In this document: one piece after another, positions 48,480 to 63,305 of the stretch
How positions within the stretch are numbered: the first letter of the stretch is position 1
Layout: the number at the start of each line of letters is the position of its first letter
Origin: Gnetum montanum
Taxonomy: Eukaryota; Plantae; Gnetophyta
Assembly (NCBI GenBank): GCA_015680685.1
Contig: MNCI01001925.1
Span: forward strand, 465,573-529,572
DNA length: 64,000 bases
Reading direction: 5' to 3'
Notes under the pieces: generated by a model
The model's database searches: none
What the model was told of the DNA's origin: nothing
Seen by the model: only the letters and a program-made list of their open reading frames with translations
Made by a program: the position numbers and the translations under genes

Positions 48480-51400
48480 ATGGTGCTTTTTATAATGCAT
48501 TTGTTGGTACCACTTGATTTAACCAACTATTTACATGCACTCCTCCTCTATTGAGTTAAGGTTAATGGTTCTTAGCTCATTATTTTGAGCCTTGTTGATG
48601 AAGCTTGAGAGGATTACATAGAGCTATGGGGCCTACAATTCAAGAAGCAATGTTGCTTTAGACCCATAAACCAAACTATATGACATCTTATTTGTTGTAG
48701 TTCTTTGCATCATGTGGTAGGCCTAGAGTGCGTAGATCAATTGCTCATGCCGTGGTCATTTGCTACTATTGAGAATCTTCTTTAGAAGATTGATGATGAC
48801 CTTGTTTGTGACCTCTACTTGTTCGTTCAACTGTGGGCAGTAGGGAAATGCAAAGGAATGTTTGATTTCAAAGCATTTGCAAAAGGCTTTGGTATCAACA
48901 TTGCTAAACTATGCCCTGTCATTTGTGACTATGATTATGGGTAAACCAAAATGGAACACTTTATTGTCAAGTATGAATTTCCAAAACTATTGTGATGTAG
49001 TCCTTCTCCTAAGGGAATAGATTAAACCCACTTTGTAATATACTTAGTGGTGGTTATAATTAAGGTATGTCCTTTGAAGAACGTAGGTGTTATTGGTCCT
49101 ATGTTGTCCAACCTCCAATGTTGGAATGACCACATGATTTGCATTGTATGCAGCTCAGTGGGTGGCACATGCATTTAGTTACCATGTTGTTGACATGTGT
49201 TGCATGTCTTCATCTTGGAAACATAATCACACTTCATGAAAGACCAATAGTAGCCTAAACATCTAATTTTTTCCACCATTTCCCTGGGTGCTATGTCGCC
49301 TCCATAGGGTCCCTCGTGAACTTATTCAACGATCATCTATGCTTTGCTATCTATAACGCAAGTTAATAGTATGTCATCATAGGATTGGTGACATAAAGTG
49401 CTATGAACCACAATGATGTACTACCATAATTACTTTCTCATTGCATCCTTTTGAGTAGTGGTTAGATGATGCTGAGGTTTACCCTATAGAAGGTATAACC
49501 TAATGTCATCATACCACTCTATTACATGATTTCTGCTTACTATGGCCATAGATGCAATGTCAGTTATTTTCATAATGGTCATAGTGCAATTTTCCACTAT
49601 AGAGGGCAATGCCCAAATTATTTTAAGTGTAATTCTTAAGGCTAATGTAGCTAATGCATCAGCAATGGAGTTTTCATTACAAGGGATATGCTGGACATTA
49701 GCAATTGCAAATTACTTGAGCAAGTGCTTTACTAGGTCACAGTAAGGTTGCAAGTATTGTGCTTTATAAGTTTAAACCTTTATGACTTGATTGACTACCA
49801 ATTGGAAGTCACCTTGAACTACTAGGTTTTGTATTCCTAGGTCACGAGTTGCTAAGATACCTTGGAGGAGACCCTCATACTCTACCATGTTCTTAGTGCA
49901 TGGAAATGTGAAATGATATGCAAAGGAATATATCTCCATAGAGGGGAATGTGATTATGGTAGCATCACTACCCCCTTAAGAGGTTCAAGTTCCATCAAAA
50001 TATAAAAGTGACTCAAAGTTGTTAGGCACTTAGCTTATGCTAGTGGCATGCTCATCCAGAAATTTTGGATCTATCATTGCTTGGTCATCAATTGGGGAGG
50101 CCATAAGCTATGCAGCTATTACTTGACCATTTTTTGATGATTGTGTAATGTAATGTAGGAAAAAATCTATAGTTATTACTTTCCAACATGCAATGTGACT
50201 ACTCTCATAGATATTCGTTTTAATGTCTTGGAGTACATTACATTTGTAGATGATGTTAACTTGGCTATGGAAAAGATAATGCCCCCACTTCTTAAATGCA
50301 AAGACCAAGGCTAGGCAAGTCATTTTGACATCATTGTACTTTTCTTCATAGGAAACTAATGCCTAGCTTAGGAAGTATATAGGGAACTTTGTACCATTGT
50401 CTCATTTTTGGAAAAGTAGAGAAGTAATAGATGCATCTAAGGTAGTGAGGTAGATGTAAAATGATTTATCTCCTTGTGGATGATAGATGGTTATAAGTTG
50501 GCCTAGCTCTTGTTTAAGGTTGTGAAATGCCTCTTTGCATTGAGTTGTCCATTCAAAGTGGACTCCCTTTTCAAGCAATTGTTACATTGGCTGCAACTTA
50601 TTAGTCAATCATTTGATAAACCATTATATTAATTGCAATCTACCTTGTAACCCTTGTAGCTCGTTAAAGTTATCTAGTGGTGCTAAGTTGATAATTACCT
50701 TAAACTTATCAAGATCTACATAGATGCCTACTTTGGATACTATGAAACCTAGCATGCAGCCCCTCTTGATGCTGAAGACACATTTCTTAGGATTTAGCCT
50801 AATTTTGTGTGTGAGGCAATGTTTGAGCACAAGGCCCAAGTCACCTACATGGTTGTATGATGCCTTGGATTTAACTGTTATATCATCAATGTAATCATTT
50901 ATTAGACCTAATAGGTAGTTACTAAATATGTACGTCATGGCTTGTTGATAGGTTTCTCATGCATTCTTGAGTCTAAAGGGAATCATTATGTAGCAAAATG
51001 TACCCCAAGGAGTCATAAAGTTAGTACTAAGCTAGTTTTCTAGGTTGATCAAAATTTGGTTGTATTCCAAGAACTCATCCATGAAGGACAAGGCATAATT
51101 AGCTATAGTATCAACTAGTTGATCAATACTAGGCAATAGAAAATATTCTTTAATGGCTTCCTTGTTCAAGTCCCAAAGGTCTCTACAAATGTGTATACTT
51201 ATATTTTTCTTGGGTACAACCATGATGTTGGAGATCTAGTCTATGTAGTCAATGGCTTAGATGAAACTAGCTTTGTAGAGCTTGGTGATTTCATCACACA
51301 CTACCAACACCACCTTAGGCCTAACCTTGCAAGCTTTTTTCTTAACTAGTTTTTTACTGGGATCAAGGATTATGTTGTGTTGCACTATGCAAGGATCTAG

Positions 51401-51754
51401 GCTTGGCATGTCTTCATAAAACCATGTGAATGCCTTGATGTTTTTGTTTAATACCTTCATGATTTTTTGGGCATGTTGAGACTTGAACAAAGAACTAAGT
51501 TTCAATGTTTTCACCTCACCACTAAACATTTCTACGGGGACTTCAACAAGGGGATCCTCAATGATGTCACCTACCTCTAAATCTATAGCCCTAACTAGAT
51601 GGTCTAGCTACTCCAGTAGTGCCTCTATAGATGTTATGTATTTATCATACGCTATGAGCTCAAGGTCTAGACATTGTGGGTTCATGCATCATGTGACATC
51701 ACCATCTGGCCTACTGAAGACCAGTGGTGAGTGAAGATGCTCATACGTAGTCAT
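48480..51754 (-). pseudogene. pol: pol of element E (RT-RH-aRH-INT), highly degenerate, 3' end cut by C
   Basis: DYIDDITVKSK, LNPKKCVF, LPSIDQLVD, VQHNIILDP; aRH and INT motifs parallel to A and B. Confidence 0.9.
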
Positions 51755-51941
51755 GTTGTGAATTCTACAATAATCCTACACAAATGACCAAAAAAATGTC
51801 AAGTTGTACCTAGCTTAATGAGATCAATATGCATAGTTAAAGAAAACAATGCAATAAAGATTTTTCCTAAGTACATAAATGCAATTTTGAAATGGCAATG
51901 GATATGTGGGTTGATTTTGGGCATTGGTAGGCCATGGGGTT

Positions 51942-52062
51942 GCCAGTTTAAGGTCTTAGCCAATTATGAAGTGCTAGTTTAAGGTCTTAGTGAACCATTG
52001 GGATTGCTAGGTTAACATTGTAGTAGATGGTGATTTTCCAGTTTAAGATCTTAATGGACCAT
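51942..52062 (-). repeat. Hairpin-UAAACUAG array upstream of pol (E)
   Basis: Four ctagtttaaggtcttag-like units. Confidence 0.75.
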
Positions 52063-52215
52063 GATATGGGCTAAATGCATCTTTGGAGTAAGTCTTAGTG
52101 CATTAGAAAAGTGAAACTAGCTTGGGTGCTCACCGAGTGACATGAAAAATTTAAAATTTTCCTATGTTCGAAGACAACCAAAAAAATCAAAAAAATTTCT
52201 AACTCGAGTCACTAT

Positions 52216-54077
52216 TGTGATGTCTAAAAATGTTAATGGATGGAACATTGAAAGGTCCATAGGCATACAACCTAACCGTAAATCTATGTGAGGGCCATGC
52301 TTGGAGAAATGGAAATGAGGTGCCTTGAATTGTTTGGTTGATTAGACAGGGACTTACATGGTGTAACAATAACCATTTGTAAAAATATTTTTTAGTGAGC
52401 TTCATACAAGAGCTGAGACAACAGGCAGGAATATAAGGTACCTTGAATGTGCAAATGCATATCGATAGTAGAAGAAATGCAAGAGTAATGCTAAAAAGTT
52501 TGAAAAAAATGTTGAGAATATAGAACTAGAGTTCAAAGGTGGAGAAATTGATTTCTCAAAGATTAAGAAGTGCAAATTTTGATTGAATAATGTTTCAAGT
52601 TGGTATGTAGTGTTTAGACAGGCATAATAGTAGTGTAGAAGTGCATTCATAGTCTCTAGAACATCATGGACATGGTGCTAGTAGTTGTAAGAAAGGCTAA
52701 ATTTGCTGAGTTGGTAGTCATCATAGTGTGTGGGTGCATGGAAGACTATGTCATGGTACTTGCCAAGGTGTCAAGCTCAGATGTAGGAGTACTAAAGATG
52801 CTAGGAGTGCTCTAATCCTTAATGCTCAAAATGATTTGCCAACCAACCACTAAAATGCTGATTATCAAGGTCTAGGGTTGATGTGAGATGCAAATTGGAC
52901 ATCATGTGGCCTAGGTCCCATGTAGCATGGGAATGATCAATTCACATTGATATGTTATGCTTAAAATGTTACACTTTGGATGTTAAGCTCAAGGTGTTAC
53001 ACTCTTCACAATAGGAATGGGAACTCAAAAACTCACAAACTATGACCACATTGCTCAAAATGCATGTGCTAGAGTCTAAGAGACCACCATGTGCCTACAA
53101 AAAATGTTAAAAACAAATGAAACTTGGAGTCTATGCTCTAGGAATACATCTTCCCCCTCTTTCAAGTAGGTTCAAGCATAGGAAAAATTTTGGGGATCAA
53201 TGGAGGGTGTAAAAGCAAGGAAAACTACTAACCTTGGCCATCGAAGGGATGTTGAAGCTAAAATAAAGGTTGATGTTGAGTTTTGGGGGCTTTTGGAGGC
53301 ATTTTCCATGTGTCACACTATCTACTCTGAATAATGTAGTAGGGCATAACATGAATACTTAGTAAACGTTTTGCAGATTTTGAGTTGTCACATTGTCTAC
53401 GCTACACAGCATAGCAAAGCGTAGCACTAGTATTTTGATGAATTTTGCCAAAATTTGTAATTTTTCTTCATTGAAAATTGATCATACTCTAGGGTGTAGA
53501 AAAATAGGTAGCCTTAGAAGTTAAAAAATTTCCAATTGCATCTTCTATGTCGAGATAGCTTGATAGATCCTTATTCAACACTTAAGCAAAATTTGGCCCT
53601 AAAACCTATGTTACGCTGGCTACGCTATGCAATGTAGCAGAGCATGAAAACCTAAAAGATAGAAAATTTGCCAAACTATTTCTTCCATCATGATCACCTT
53701 TGATAGACTCTAGCCTAGTTCTTGGGTGGACTAGAAACTGGGACATGTGTCAAGCTAGGTAAGTTGGAGAGTGTAGTGAGCTTGATAGTCTAGAAGATAG
53801 AAAATTTGCCAAACTGTTTGGTCCATCCCTAGTAACCCTTTAATGGCTTCTAGCTTGACATTTGTGTAGACTAGCCATGGAAGTGTGTGCTACATTGGCT
53901 GTGCTATGGATCATAGTAGGAAAACTTAGAAGAATTTTTCAAAAATTAGGACTTGAAGTGTGCTACATTTTCTACACTACACAACATGACACTAGACTTA
54001 GAAAACTTTTTCCCATGTTTTGACACCTAGAAAAATCTACCATTGAACTATAGCAACTTGAAATTTGTGGTGATTCA
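52216..54077 (-). repeat. 3' LTR of element F (1862 bp)
   Basis: TGTGATG...TGATTCA, followed by PPT ttggcccctccttgttg at 54078-54094; similar to LTRs X and C. Confidence 0.85.
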
Positions 54078-55171
54078 TTGGCCCCTCCTTGTTGATGTAT
54101 GGAGGATTAACTTGAGTGATGTCAACAAAGAATACGAAACATCATGATTAAAATGACACCAACACCATTTGTCAGTGCCTACTTGGATGACACTTTGGTA
54201 TGCTTGAGAGTGTGAAAGGAATGAGGTGTGATAGGGAGGAGTTTAGGGAGATTGTTCAAGGGACAATGGATGGAGAGAACACCTATGGGATGCAATGTCA
54301 TGATGGCTTATCACCAAAGCATGATCCCTTATCAGAGTGCTTGTGAAGGAGTCAGCATGTAAAGGTAGCCTACCCTCTATATTTTGACCTCTCATCTGAG
54401 TGCTTGTGAGATGGTCGATCCAGGGCCTAACCAATTGTGAGATGGCAACTATGCCATTTGACTAGGGCACTTGGCTTGTATCATTTTATTTTCTTCTTCT
54501 TATTCTTTTTATTTACTTTGCTTTTGCTTTTGCTTCCTTTTGTGTTGCCAAGTGAACTATTTGTCAACATTTTCTTAGAAGCAAGCATATTGCATCTATA
54601 GGATAGGTGTTTCCTCCCTGGGATGAGGTTTGTTACATATATTTTGGGCTTTCACTAGTCCACAAAGACTTCCCATGGGATGAGTTGCATTATGTCCATC
54701 ATGGATTTAGCAGCTAACTACAAGAAAGGTTGCATGTGTATTGGTAAAGCTTGCAAGGGATGTAGGAGATTGCACGATTAAGAGGTAGGGGTTAGTTTGG
54801 TTGATGGGATAGTAGGGATGTGCACTCTTAAGTATCTAGGTGAGCCAAAGTGAACACATTGGAATAATGTGATGCTTTGTCATCGTGATGGTACGCACCC
54901 TTGACTGGCACTACCTAGGCTTCATCTTGTAAATGCAACATAGAAAAAATAAGAAAAACAACCACCATGTGAGATGAGGGCAAAGTCCTATCTACCAAGG
55001 TTTTTTTCCTTGATGAAGTAAATTTCATTCTAGAACTACAATGCCCCATCAAATCATACCCAAGAGGTGTGGGTAGGTGATGGAAGATTGGAAGTATTCT
55101 TGCTTGCTTGTCCATAGAACTATGTGTGTTGAATTGCAAACCTAGTCTTAGGTCTAGGTAAATTGCATGCT

Positions 55172-55412
55172 ATGCTAGTTTAAACTCCTAGCAAACTGTG
55201 ATCCCAATTTAAGATCTAGGTGGACCATGATGTGCTAGTTTAAGGTTCTAGTAGACTACTATTCTAGTTTAATGGTGTAGCAAATGGTGGATGGCCAGTT
55301 TAGGATCATAGTGGACCATGCTATGGGTGTCAATTTAATGTCATAGCCCAAGGACATTCTATGCTAGTTTAATGTCATCGTAGACATCTATGCTAGCTTA
55401 ATGTTGTAGTGG
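55172..55412 (-). repeat. Hairpin-UAAACUAG array downstream of pol (F)
   Basis: gctagtttaa units, e.g. TGTC-ATCGTA-GACA. Confidence 0.82.
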
Positions 55413-55459
55413 AAGTGCACTTTCCTTGCTTTTGTCATTGGTGTGATACTACATGTCAT

Positions 55460-56707
55460 GTGTAGTATGACTTCAGCTACAAGTGGTTAATAGGATTAGC
55501 AAACTCATTACCATTTAGATTAGCGAGATTGAAGTCTCCATTGTTGTACACCTTAGTGACCAAGAAAGGCCATTCTTAGTTGGCTAAGAATTTGTCTATG
55601 GGCTCATGGATGACATTTAGGAATAGGTCCCCTTTCTTGATTGGGCATTGATGCTAATTGTGATGGTGCTTTCGTCATTACTTCTCTTGGTACCACTCAA
55701 TGTGATTAAGTGTTTGTATGCACTCCTCCTCTATAGAGTCAAGGTTCATGATTCTCAACTAATTGTTTTGAGCCTCATCAATAAAGCTTGAAAGGATCAT
55801 GCGAAGTGATGGGACCTACAATTCAAGAGGCAACATTGCTTGAAATCTGTACAAAATACTATATGGTCTTTTACCAATTGCTATTTTGCATGTTGTGTGG
55901 TAGGCCTATAGTACGTAGACTAGTTATTATTACCTTCATCACTTGCTATTATTAAGCATCCTCTTTAGAATGTTGATGATGACATTGTTTGTAGCATTTT
56001 TTGACTATTCACCTGCAAGTAGTATGATGATGAGAAAGAGTGTTTGATGCCAAGGTTTTCACAAAAGACTTTGGTTTCTACATTGCTAAATTATGGTCAA
56101 TTGTCTATGACTATAGTTATGGGGAGACCAAACTAGGTCACTATGTTGTCAAGAATGAATTTTCAAACTTTCTATGATGTTATCTTCCTAAGGGGAATGG
56201 ATTTAACCGACTTCATGAAATAATCAGTTGTAGTAATGATGAAGTTGTGTCCTACAAAAGACTTAGGCATTATAGGCCTTATGATGTCCAACCCCCAACA
56301 TTGAAATGACCATGTGATCTGTGTTGTATGTAGTTTAGTGGGTGGCATGTGCATTATGTTTCCATGTCATTGACACACGTCACATGTCCTAACCTTGAAG
56401 ACATAATCACATTCCATGTAAGGCCAGTAATAGCCTAAACATCTGATTTTTTCTGCCATTTCCCTAGGAGCTACATAACCTCCAAATAGTCCCTCATGGG
56501 CTTGGTCAATGATCTTTTGTGCTTCACTGCTACTAATGCAAGTTAATAGTGTTCCGTTATAGGATCTGTGACATAAGGTATTATCACTTACGAGGACATA
56601 TTGCTATGAGTATTTTCATACTATGTCTTTTTCAGAAGATGTTAGATTTTGTGGGGGCTCTCCCTATTGGAGGTATGACTTAATATCATCATACCACTCC
56701 TGCACAT
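55460..56707 (-). pseudogene. pol: Integrase region of element F, truncated by insertion of G
   Basis: ITWSFQCWGLDII, FIITTTDYFMK, GPF-type C-terminus. Confidence 0.88.
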
Positions 56708-57950
56708 TGTAACAATGGAAAATGTTGGTTGTTGAAAACACTGAGGGGACTTTCCGTGTACACAGTTTTAACCCCGGATCCGCGCAAGGGCCATGTTGGA
56801 GAAAACAAATCCAAGGTGCCCTGAATGGTCTTGTCGATCAAACAGGGACTTACTTAGTCAATAAATTTTTCAATGATCATATAACGAGGTGACAATTTGA
56901 CACAAAAATATATTATTGATCTATGAGAAAACAAGATTTGTTCCAAGATCGGATTTCAAAGGCAATGAAGGCAATTTAAATTATGCAAAATGATTGTAGG
57001 ATTCAATGTGAATAGGGCACAATGAATTGAATTTAGAACATGCATGATCCGAAGATCTGGGATCCACCTTATAAATAAATATGATGAATACAATGAGATT
57101 TACAAGCAGACTCCAGTTTGGACAAAGTACCCACCACTAACAAGAAGCTACTTAGAGATTAAAAAAGCAAAGGCCAATCTACCTTATTTACTAGCCAATC
57201 TGGGCACAAGGGAGTTAGGCTTGAAGCAAAGTGTCTGCTAACTTGAAGTCTCTAGTCAAAAGCTTCTCTCTATCACCGTCGATGCTCTTCTATTGCCAAC
57301 TCTTTCTTGTTGTCTCCCCAATCTTTGCCCAAAACTATCAAAAATTCCAACCCTTTGAGTGTCATCCATTGGGGTATTTATAAGATTAGGGTTAGGAGAA
57401 AAATGTAGTTTAGATAACGCATGTCCCAAGCCCACAAAATACCATTGACCTGATGTGATATAGCTGAAGCCTATGGCACTACATTGTGTTATGCTCTAAA
57501 TCATAGTATAGCATATCCACCCTTGCCTTTAGCATTGAATTTCAAGATCTTTGGTAGCATATTGTCCCATGGCTATGCTGCAATATGCTAAAGAGCATAT
57601 CGTAGCATAATGATTGCTACTACTTGAATTTTGTTACCTTTGTTGCTGCGGCTAAGTCAACTGTGTTGCTTGCATTATGTTGTGTCACGTTGCATAGCAT
57701 AACCTAGCATAACATGATAAAAGTTAAGATTTTTGAACATGGCTAGCTTGCAAATTTGAAGTGTTATTTCTATGCATTCCTTGTTCTATTCTATCTTCTA
57801 GAGTCGACTATGCTGAGCTGCGTAGTATAGCATAGTAGGCCCTTATCCAAAAAAAAAAAACTTGTTGAGATGTGCCACTTGTGGAAATATTTTTCCTAAA
57901 CTTCAAAACTTTGATAAATCATCAAGGTCTTGAAATTTCACACTGTTTCA
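56708..57950 (-). repeat. 3' LTR of element G (1243 bp)
   Basis: TGTAACA...TGTTTCA, followed by PPT gtggcccctattttgttg at 57951-57968. Confidence 0.85.
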
Positions 57951-59083
57951 GTGGCCCCTATTTGTTGAGATTTTGAGGGCTTTCCCGAGAGACGTCGACA
58001 AAGAATACAAAACACCACAGAGGTAAAGACGCCAACATCATCCATCAGCTACTTCTTAGATGTTGCCTTGTCAGCCTAGAAATGCGTAGGTGGGAACACA
58101 AGGAGAAGTGGAGGATTTTATAGTTATGATGGAGGGAGGTTCAGGGAAGACTCAAGAATGAGCAAGATACTTTTTAAACATGTTATGAGAGAACTCCTCA
58201 CGGGTGTTTTCTCGAGAAGTTACGCTGTTGTACTATATATGCGAGGCTTTCCTAGATGAGTTGTGTTATGTCTGTATGGCTTGGACGAGTTGTGTTTCAT
58301 CCATCTTGACTAGCTTTGCCCACATTTTTTTGGAATACAGATGATTTCCATGAGGCGATTTGCATTACGTTAGTTCATGGATGTGATGGTCGTCATGTGC
58401 GAAAGGCCTCCTATATGCTCACATTCTATACAAACAAAAGGAGAGGTTAAGGATGATTGTAAAGATAAGGGAAGGGGAAAGTAAGATAAGGTGTCTGGTG
58501 GGAGAAAGGGCAGGGTCTACAATTCTAAGTAATTAGGTTAATCCAAGTAGCCACCTCGAGATGCTGTGACACCTCGCCCTCCTAGTGAATGCATTTTTGA
58601 AGAATGCTATCACTGGAGAGGCTATTGAAACAAGTGTCATCCGAAGCAAAAAGAAGAGTGTAGGCCATGGATAAGGAACCATAGCAAGAAGCATTGGTCC
58701 CTTGGTTGACACTACAACTCAAGAATCCTCTGTTGATAGCCAAATTCATCTTATGCGTCTAACTAAGTGAGGATCTAGTTAGATGAATTTGTGAAACTAG
58801 AGTCTGGCGGAAATGATGGTTGGAGACAACCAAGGCTATGGGTAATCATAGTTTTCTTGGGGCCCCAAGTGGTGATGCCAACCCCAGGAGCTGCAATTGC
58901 TAAGTGGTAACAACATCTCTAAGGGATCAGTAGTATGCCTTTCAGCATATCTAAGAAATCAGTAGGATGCTAGGAGGGTAGAGGTGTTGCATCTATTACA
59001 GCACCCTACCTGATCTATCTAGTAGGGATGTCATGCAAGAATTATCAGGCTCGCTTGTTTCATGGGTGATCTATTGGCAGATC

Positions 59084-59476
59084 CTAGTTTTAAGTACTGG
59101 TGGACCGTTGTTGCTCATTTTAAGTTCCAGCAAATCATGGTCCCAGTTCAAAGTCTTGGTAGACTGAAGCATGATAGTTTTATGTCATAGTGGATAGCAG
59201 AAGAACTAGTTTATGGTCCTAGAAGACCATGCTGTGGGTGTCAGTTTCGTGTCGTGACTCAAGGACAAGTCTATGCTAGTTGAATCTTTCAAAAGATAGA
59301 TGCTTACCTTGCGAGTTTCATGTCATGAAAAATGATAAAAAACTTTGCTAGTTTAGCATCATGGTAAACACATGCAGGAAATGCCAATTTTACGTCATAG
59401 CAGATGTGTACAAAACCACTAGTTTTATGTTGTAGCGGATGATTGTTACAGTGTCAATTTTACATTGTAGAGGATG
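59084..59476 (-). repeat. Hairpin-UAAACUAG array downstream of pol (G)
   Basis: ctagtttta/ctagtttat units, e.g. GGTC-CTAGAA-GACC and CGTC-ATAGCA-GATG. Confidence 0.8.
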
Positions 59477-59499
59477 TTTGTTACCTTGTGTTTAAGTTG

Positions 59500-62400
59500 G
59501 TCTATCGCCTAAATGTGGTATTTCTTCAGATACATATGATTCACCATATTTGAATGTTCGTTGCCATCAATGTTCGCTAACCTGAACGCTCCATTTTCGT
59601 ATGCGTCAACGACTAAGAAAGGGCCCTCCCAGCTGGCAGAGAATTTGCTCACTAGTTCATGAATGACCTTAAGATCCAAATCTCCTTTCTTGATCGATTG
59701 CTAATGCAGGTTGTGATGATGCTTCTATCGTTGCCTATCCTAATATTTTTCAATGTTGTTGAGTATCTGGATGCGTTTCTCCTCCACTGAGTCTAGATTC
59801 ACGATCTTGGACTCATTATGTTGATTCTCATTTATAAACATGGAGAGGACCATCCATAGTGAGGGAACCTATATTTCAAGGGGCAACACTACTTTAGATC
59901 CATAGACTAGGTTGTAGGGTGTCCTACAGGTAGCTGTTTTGCATGTCGTACGATAGGCCCATAGCACGTAGAGGATTTTTTCATGCCATAGTTTTTTGTT
60001 GCTGCTAAGCATCTTTTTGAGTAAACTAATGACCACCTTGTTTGTTGCTTCTGCTTGACTATTCACTTGTGGGTAATAAGGCAAGGAAAAAGATTTCTTA
60101 ATACCAAGGTTATTGTAGAATGATTTGGTTTCGGTGCTACTAAATTGTGGTCCATTGTTAGTCACAATAGTCATGGGAAGCCCAAACCTAGTTGCTATGT
60201 TGTCCAAGATAAAATGGCAAACCTATTGAGATGTATTTTTTCATAGGGGAATAGCCTCGACCTAGTTCATAAAGTACTCAGTGGTAGTGAGAATGAAGCT
60301 ATGTCCTACAGAAGACTTAGGTGTGATGGGGCCGATGTCTAGTCCCCATTGTTGGAATGGCCAACTGATATGTGTAGTATGCAATTTAGTTGGTGACACA
60401 TGTATTATATTTACGTAACACTGGCATGTGTCACATGTCTTAACCTTGGTAAGGAAGTCTCATTCCATGTACGGCTAGTAATACCCCAAGCATCTAATTT
60501 TAGTGGCCATGGCTCATGGGGCTATGTGTCCCCCACATAGTCCTTCATGGACTTCGCCAACTATTCTTTGTACTTGGTCATTATTAACATAGGTTAGAAA
60601 TACCCCATAAAAATATCTCCTACATAGAGTACGATCTCCAATGATGATGTATTTCTTGGCACACTTGTGCATTGCATTTTTTTGTGTAGGTGGTAACTCA
60701 TGTGGTGGTTCACCATGTAAAAGGTAGGTTTTAATATTGTCATACCATTCTGGCATTCCTTCCACATTTAAGGAAGAGATTTTTGCCACTTGGTTGATAG
60801 GGTCTATACATTCTATCATTAAAGTGGGCAAGGTGACAAATATATGAGGTGACATATTTAAAGCTAGGGTAGCTAGTGCATCGAAAACTATGTTCTCACT
60901 ATGCGGCACGTGTTGGATGTTAGTCATTGTAAATTATTTGAGAAGATCTTTAGCCATATCGCAACAAGGCTACAAATGTATAGCTTTGCAGACATAGACT
61001 TTTGAGATTTTATTAAAAATGAGCATCGAGTCACCTTGGATTGCTAGGTGTTGGACATTTAGTTCTCTGGCTGCTAACAATCCCCTAAGGAGCCCCTCAT
61101 ATTTTGCCACATTGTTCATACAAGGAAATGCTACGAGATAAGCCAATGGATGAACATTGTTAGGGGAAAGTGTAATGACGATGGTAGCACTACTGCCTCT
61201 GGTAGTCAAAGCCCCATCAAAATATAATGTTGCTTAGAGGCTTGTTGATATAGGGCTTAAACTATGTACATGTTCATTAAGAAACTCAAGCTCTATCATG
61301 GTTTGATCATTAACAAGTGATGTCACAATCTGGTCGGCTATTACTTGGCCTTTCGTGGAAGATTGGCCAACGTAGTGTAAGTCAAATTCTGCTATGATGG
61401 ATTTCTAGCAGGCTATCCTACTTCTCTCATATAAATTGTTTGTGATGGCCTGCAGTATGTTGTTCTTGCAAATTATGTTAACCTGGCTGTAGAAAAGATA
61501 GTGTCTACATTTTTTAAGTGCAAGCACAAAGGCCAAATAGTCACACTCTACTTCATTGTACCTCATTTCGTATGGAAATAGAGCATGACTTAGATAATAG
61601 ATAGGGATTTCTGACCCATCATCCCTCTTTTGACACAACAACGCATCTATGGACACATCAAAACTTGTCAGGTAAACATAGAAAGGCTAATCCCTTTTTG
61701 GTGGGAAAACCATTGGCAAATGTAGCAGCTCTTTCTTTAGGTTGTTAAATGCACGATGGCAGTCCTCGGTCCATTTGAAGTTAACCCCCTTCTTGAGCAA
61801 ATTTTTCATAGGAAGTAATTTGTTTGTCAACTTTGAGATGAAACTCCTAATAAAATGTAGCCTACCCTACAAACCACATAGTTCTTTGAGGTTTGTAGGT
61901 GGTCCCAGGTTAATGATGGCCTTAACCTTGTCGAGGTTGACTCGTATGCTAGCCTCTGATACCACAAACCCCAACATGATTTTCGTTTTGACTTCGAATA
62001 CAAATTTTTTTGGGTTGAGCTGCAGGTCATGCCTAAGACATCATTTAAGGATTACCCTTAGGTCCTCTAGGTGATCTTTTGACTTCCTAGATTTAACAAC
62101 TATGTCATCTACAGAGTCGTTCAATCTCTCTAAGAGGTAATCGTTAAAGATATACATCATGGTGCATTGATAAGTTTCTCCAACGTTTTTTAGCCCGAAA
62201 GGCATCATGGTGTAACAGAAAGTTCCCCAAGGGGTCATGAAAGTTGTAGTTAGTTGATGTTCTGGGTTGTTACATATTTGATTATATTTTGAAAACCCAT
62301 CCACAAAGGATAGTAAAGCGTGGCCAGCTGTTGTATCGATAAGTTGGTTGATACCTGGTAATGGGAAATTGTCTTTAATTGTTGTCTTATTTAGATCGTG

Positions 62401-62973
62401 GAGGTCTATACAAATTCGTATTCCTCCCGTTTTCTTAGAAACAACAACAATGTTTGACACCCAGTCTGAATAATCAACCGTGTAGATGAAACCAGCTTGA
62501 TATAGCTTGGTGATTTCATCACGCACTACTAACGTGATTTCAGGCTTAATCTTCTGTGCTTTCTGTCTAACGGCTTTGATACTCGGGTCTAATATGATGT
62601 TATGTTGTATTAGTCACAAGTCTAAACCTAGCATGTCTTCGTACGACCATGAAAACACCACAATGTTATCTTGGAGTACTCGAGATATGTCCCTCTACAT
62701 TTGTTGGTCAAGGAGGGAACTAATCTTCAGAGTTTTGTTTTCCCCTTTCTATGTAACCACAGAGACCTCGGTGAGGGAATCCTTGATCACATCACCAGAT
62801 TCCAGGTCTAGGGTCTAGGCCAAATGTTCTAGCCAATCTAGGGATACTTCTGAGGTTGCTATGGTTATGTCACACGAGAGAGCATCAGTTCCTATCATTG
62901 CAAGATTAGTTTGTCTAAAAGTTTTCCTGTATGGGCCTGTTAGAACTAGGGGTGAAACTAAAGCTTCATCCAT
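59500..62973 (-). pseudogene. pol: pol of element G (RT-RH-aRH-INT), degenerate
   Basis: SDWVSNIVVVSKKTGGIRICID, TPWGTFCYTMMPFGLKN, VDDIVVKS. aRH: NNVAKYEGLLRGL, QGDS. INT: HEGLCGGH, RFGLPMTIVTNNGPQF, YYPQVNSQAEATNK, VLWAYRTT. Confidence 0.93.
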
Positions 62974-63076
62974 TTTTTAACTGACTTGCAAAACCACCAA
63001 GAACGAAAGTTGTTACATTTTTTTTGTCACCATGATGAAATGATAGAAGGTCTTAGAGCTAAGTGTCCAAAAAGGT

Positions 63077-63305
63077 TGCTAGTTTAAGGTCTTAGCGGAT
63101 AGTTACAATATATACAATTTGTAACAAAATAGTGAGTCAGGTTTCCTAGGTATTAGCATAAGGTTTTTGTGGATTATGATGAAAGGTATAACGTGGTGTG
63201 TCTACTGTGACAAAATAGCTAATTTAGGATTTTGTGCAGACCATAGTTAATGTGACCGGATTTCGAGACAATAAGCTATGCATTAATTTAGGGTATTTTT
63301 GGACG
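63077..63305 (-). repeat. Degenerate hairpin-UAAACUAG units upstream of pol (G)
   Basis: gctagtttaaggtcttagcgga and weaker copies. Confidence 0.55.
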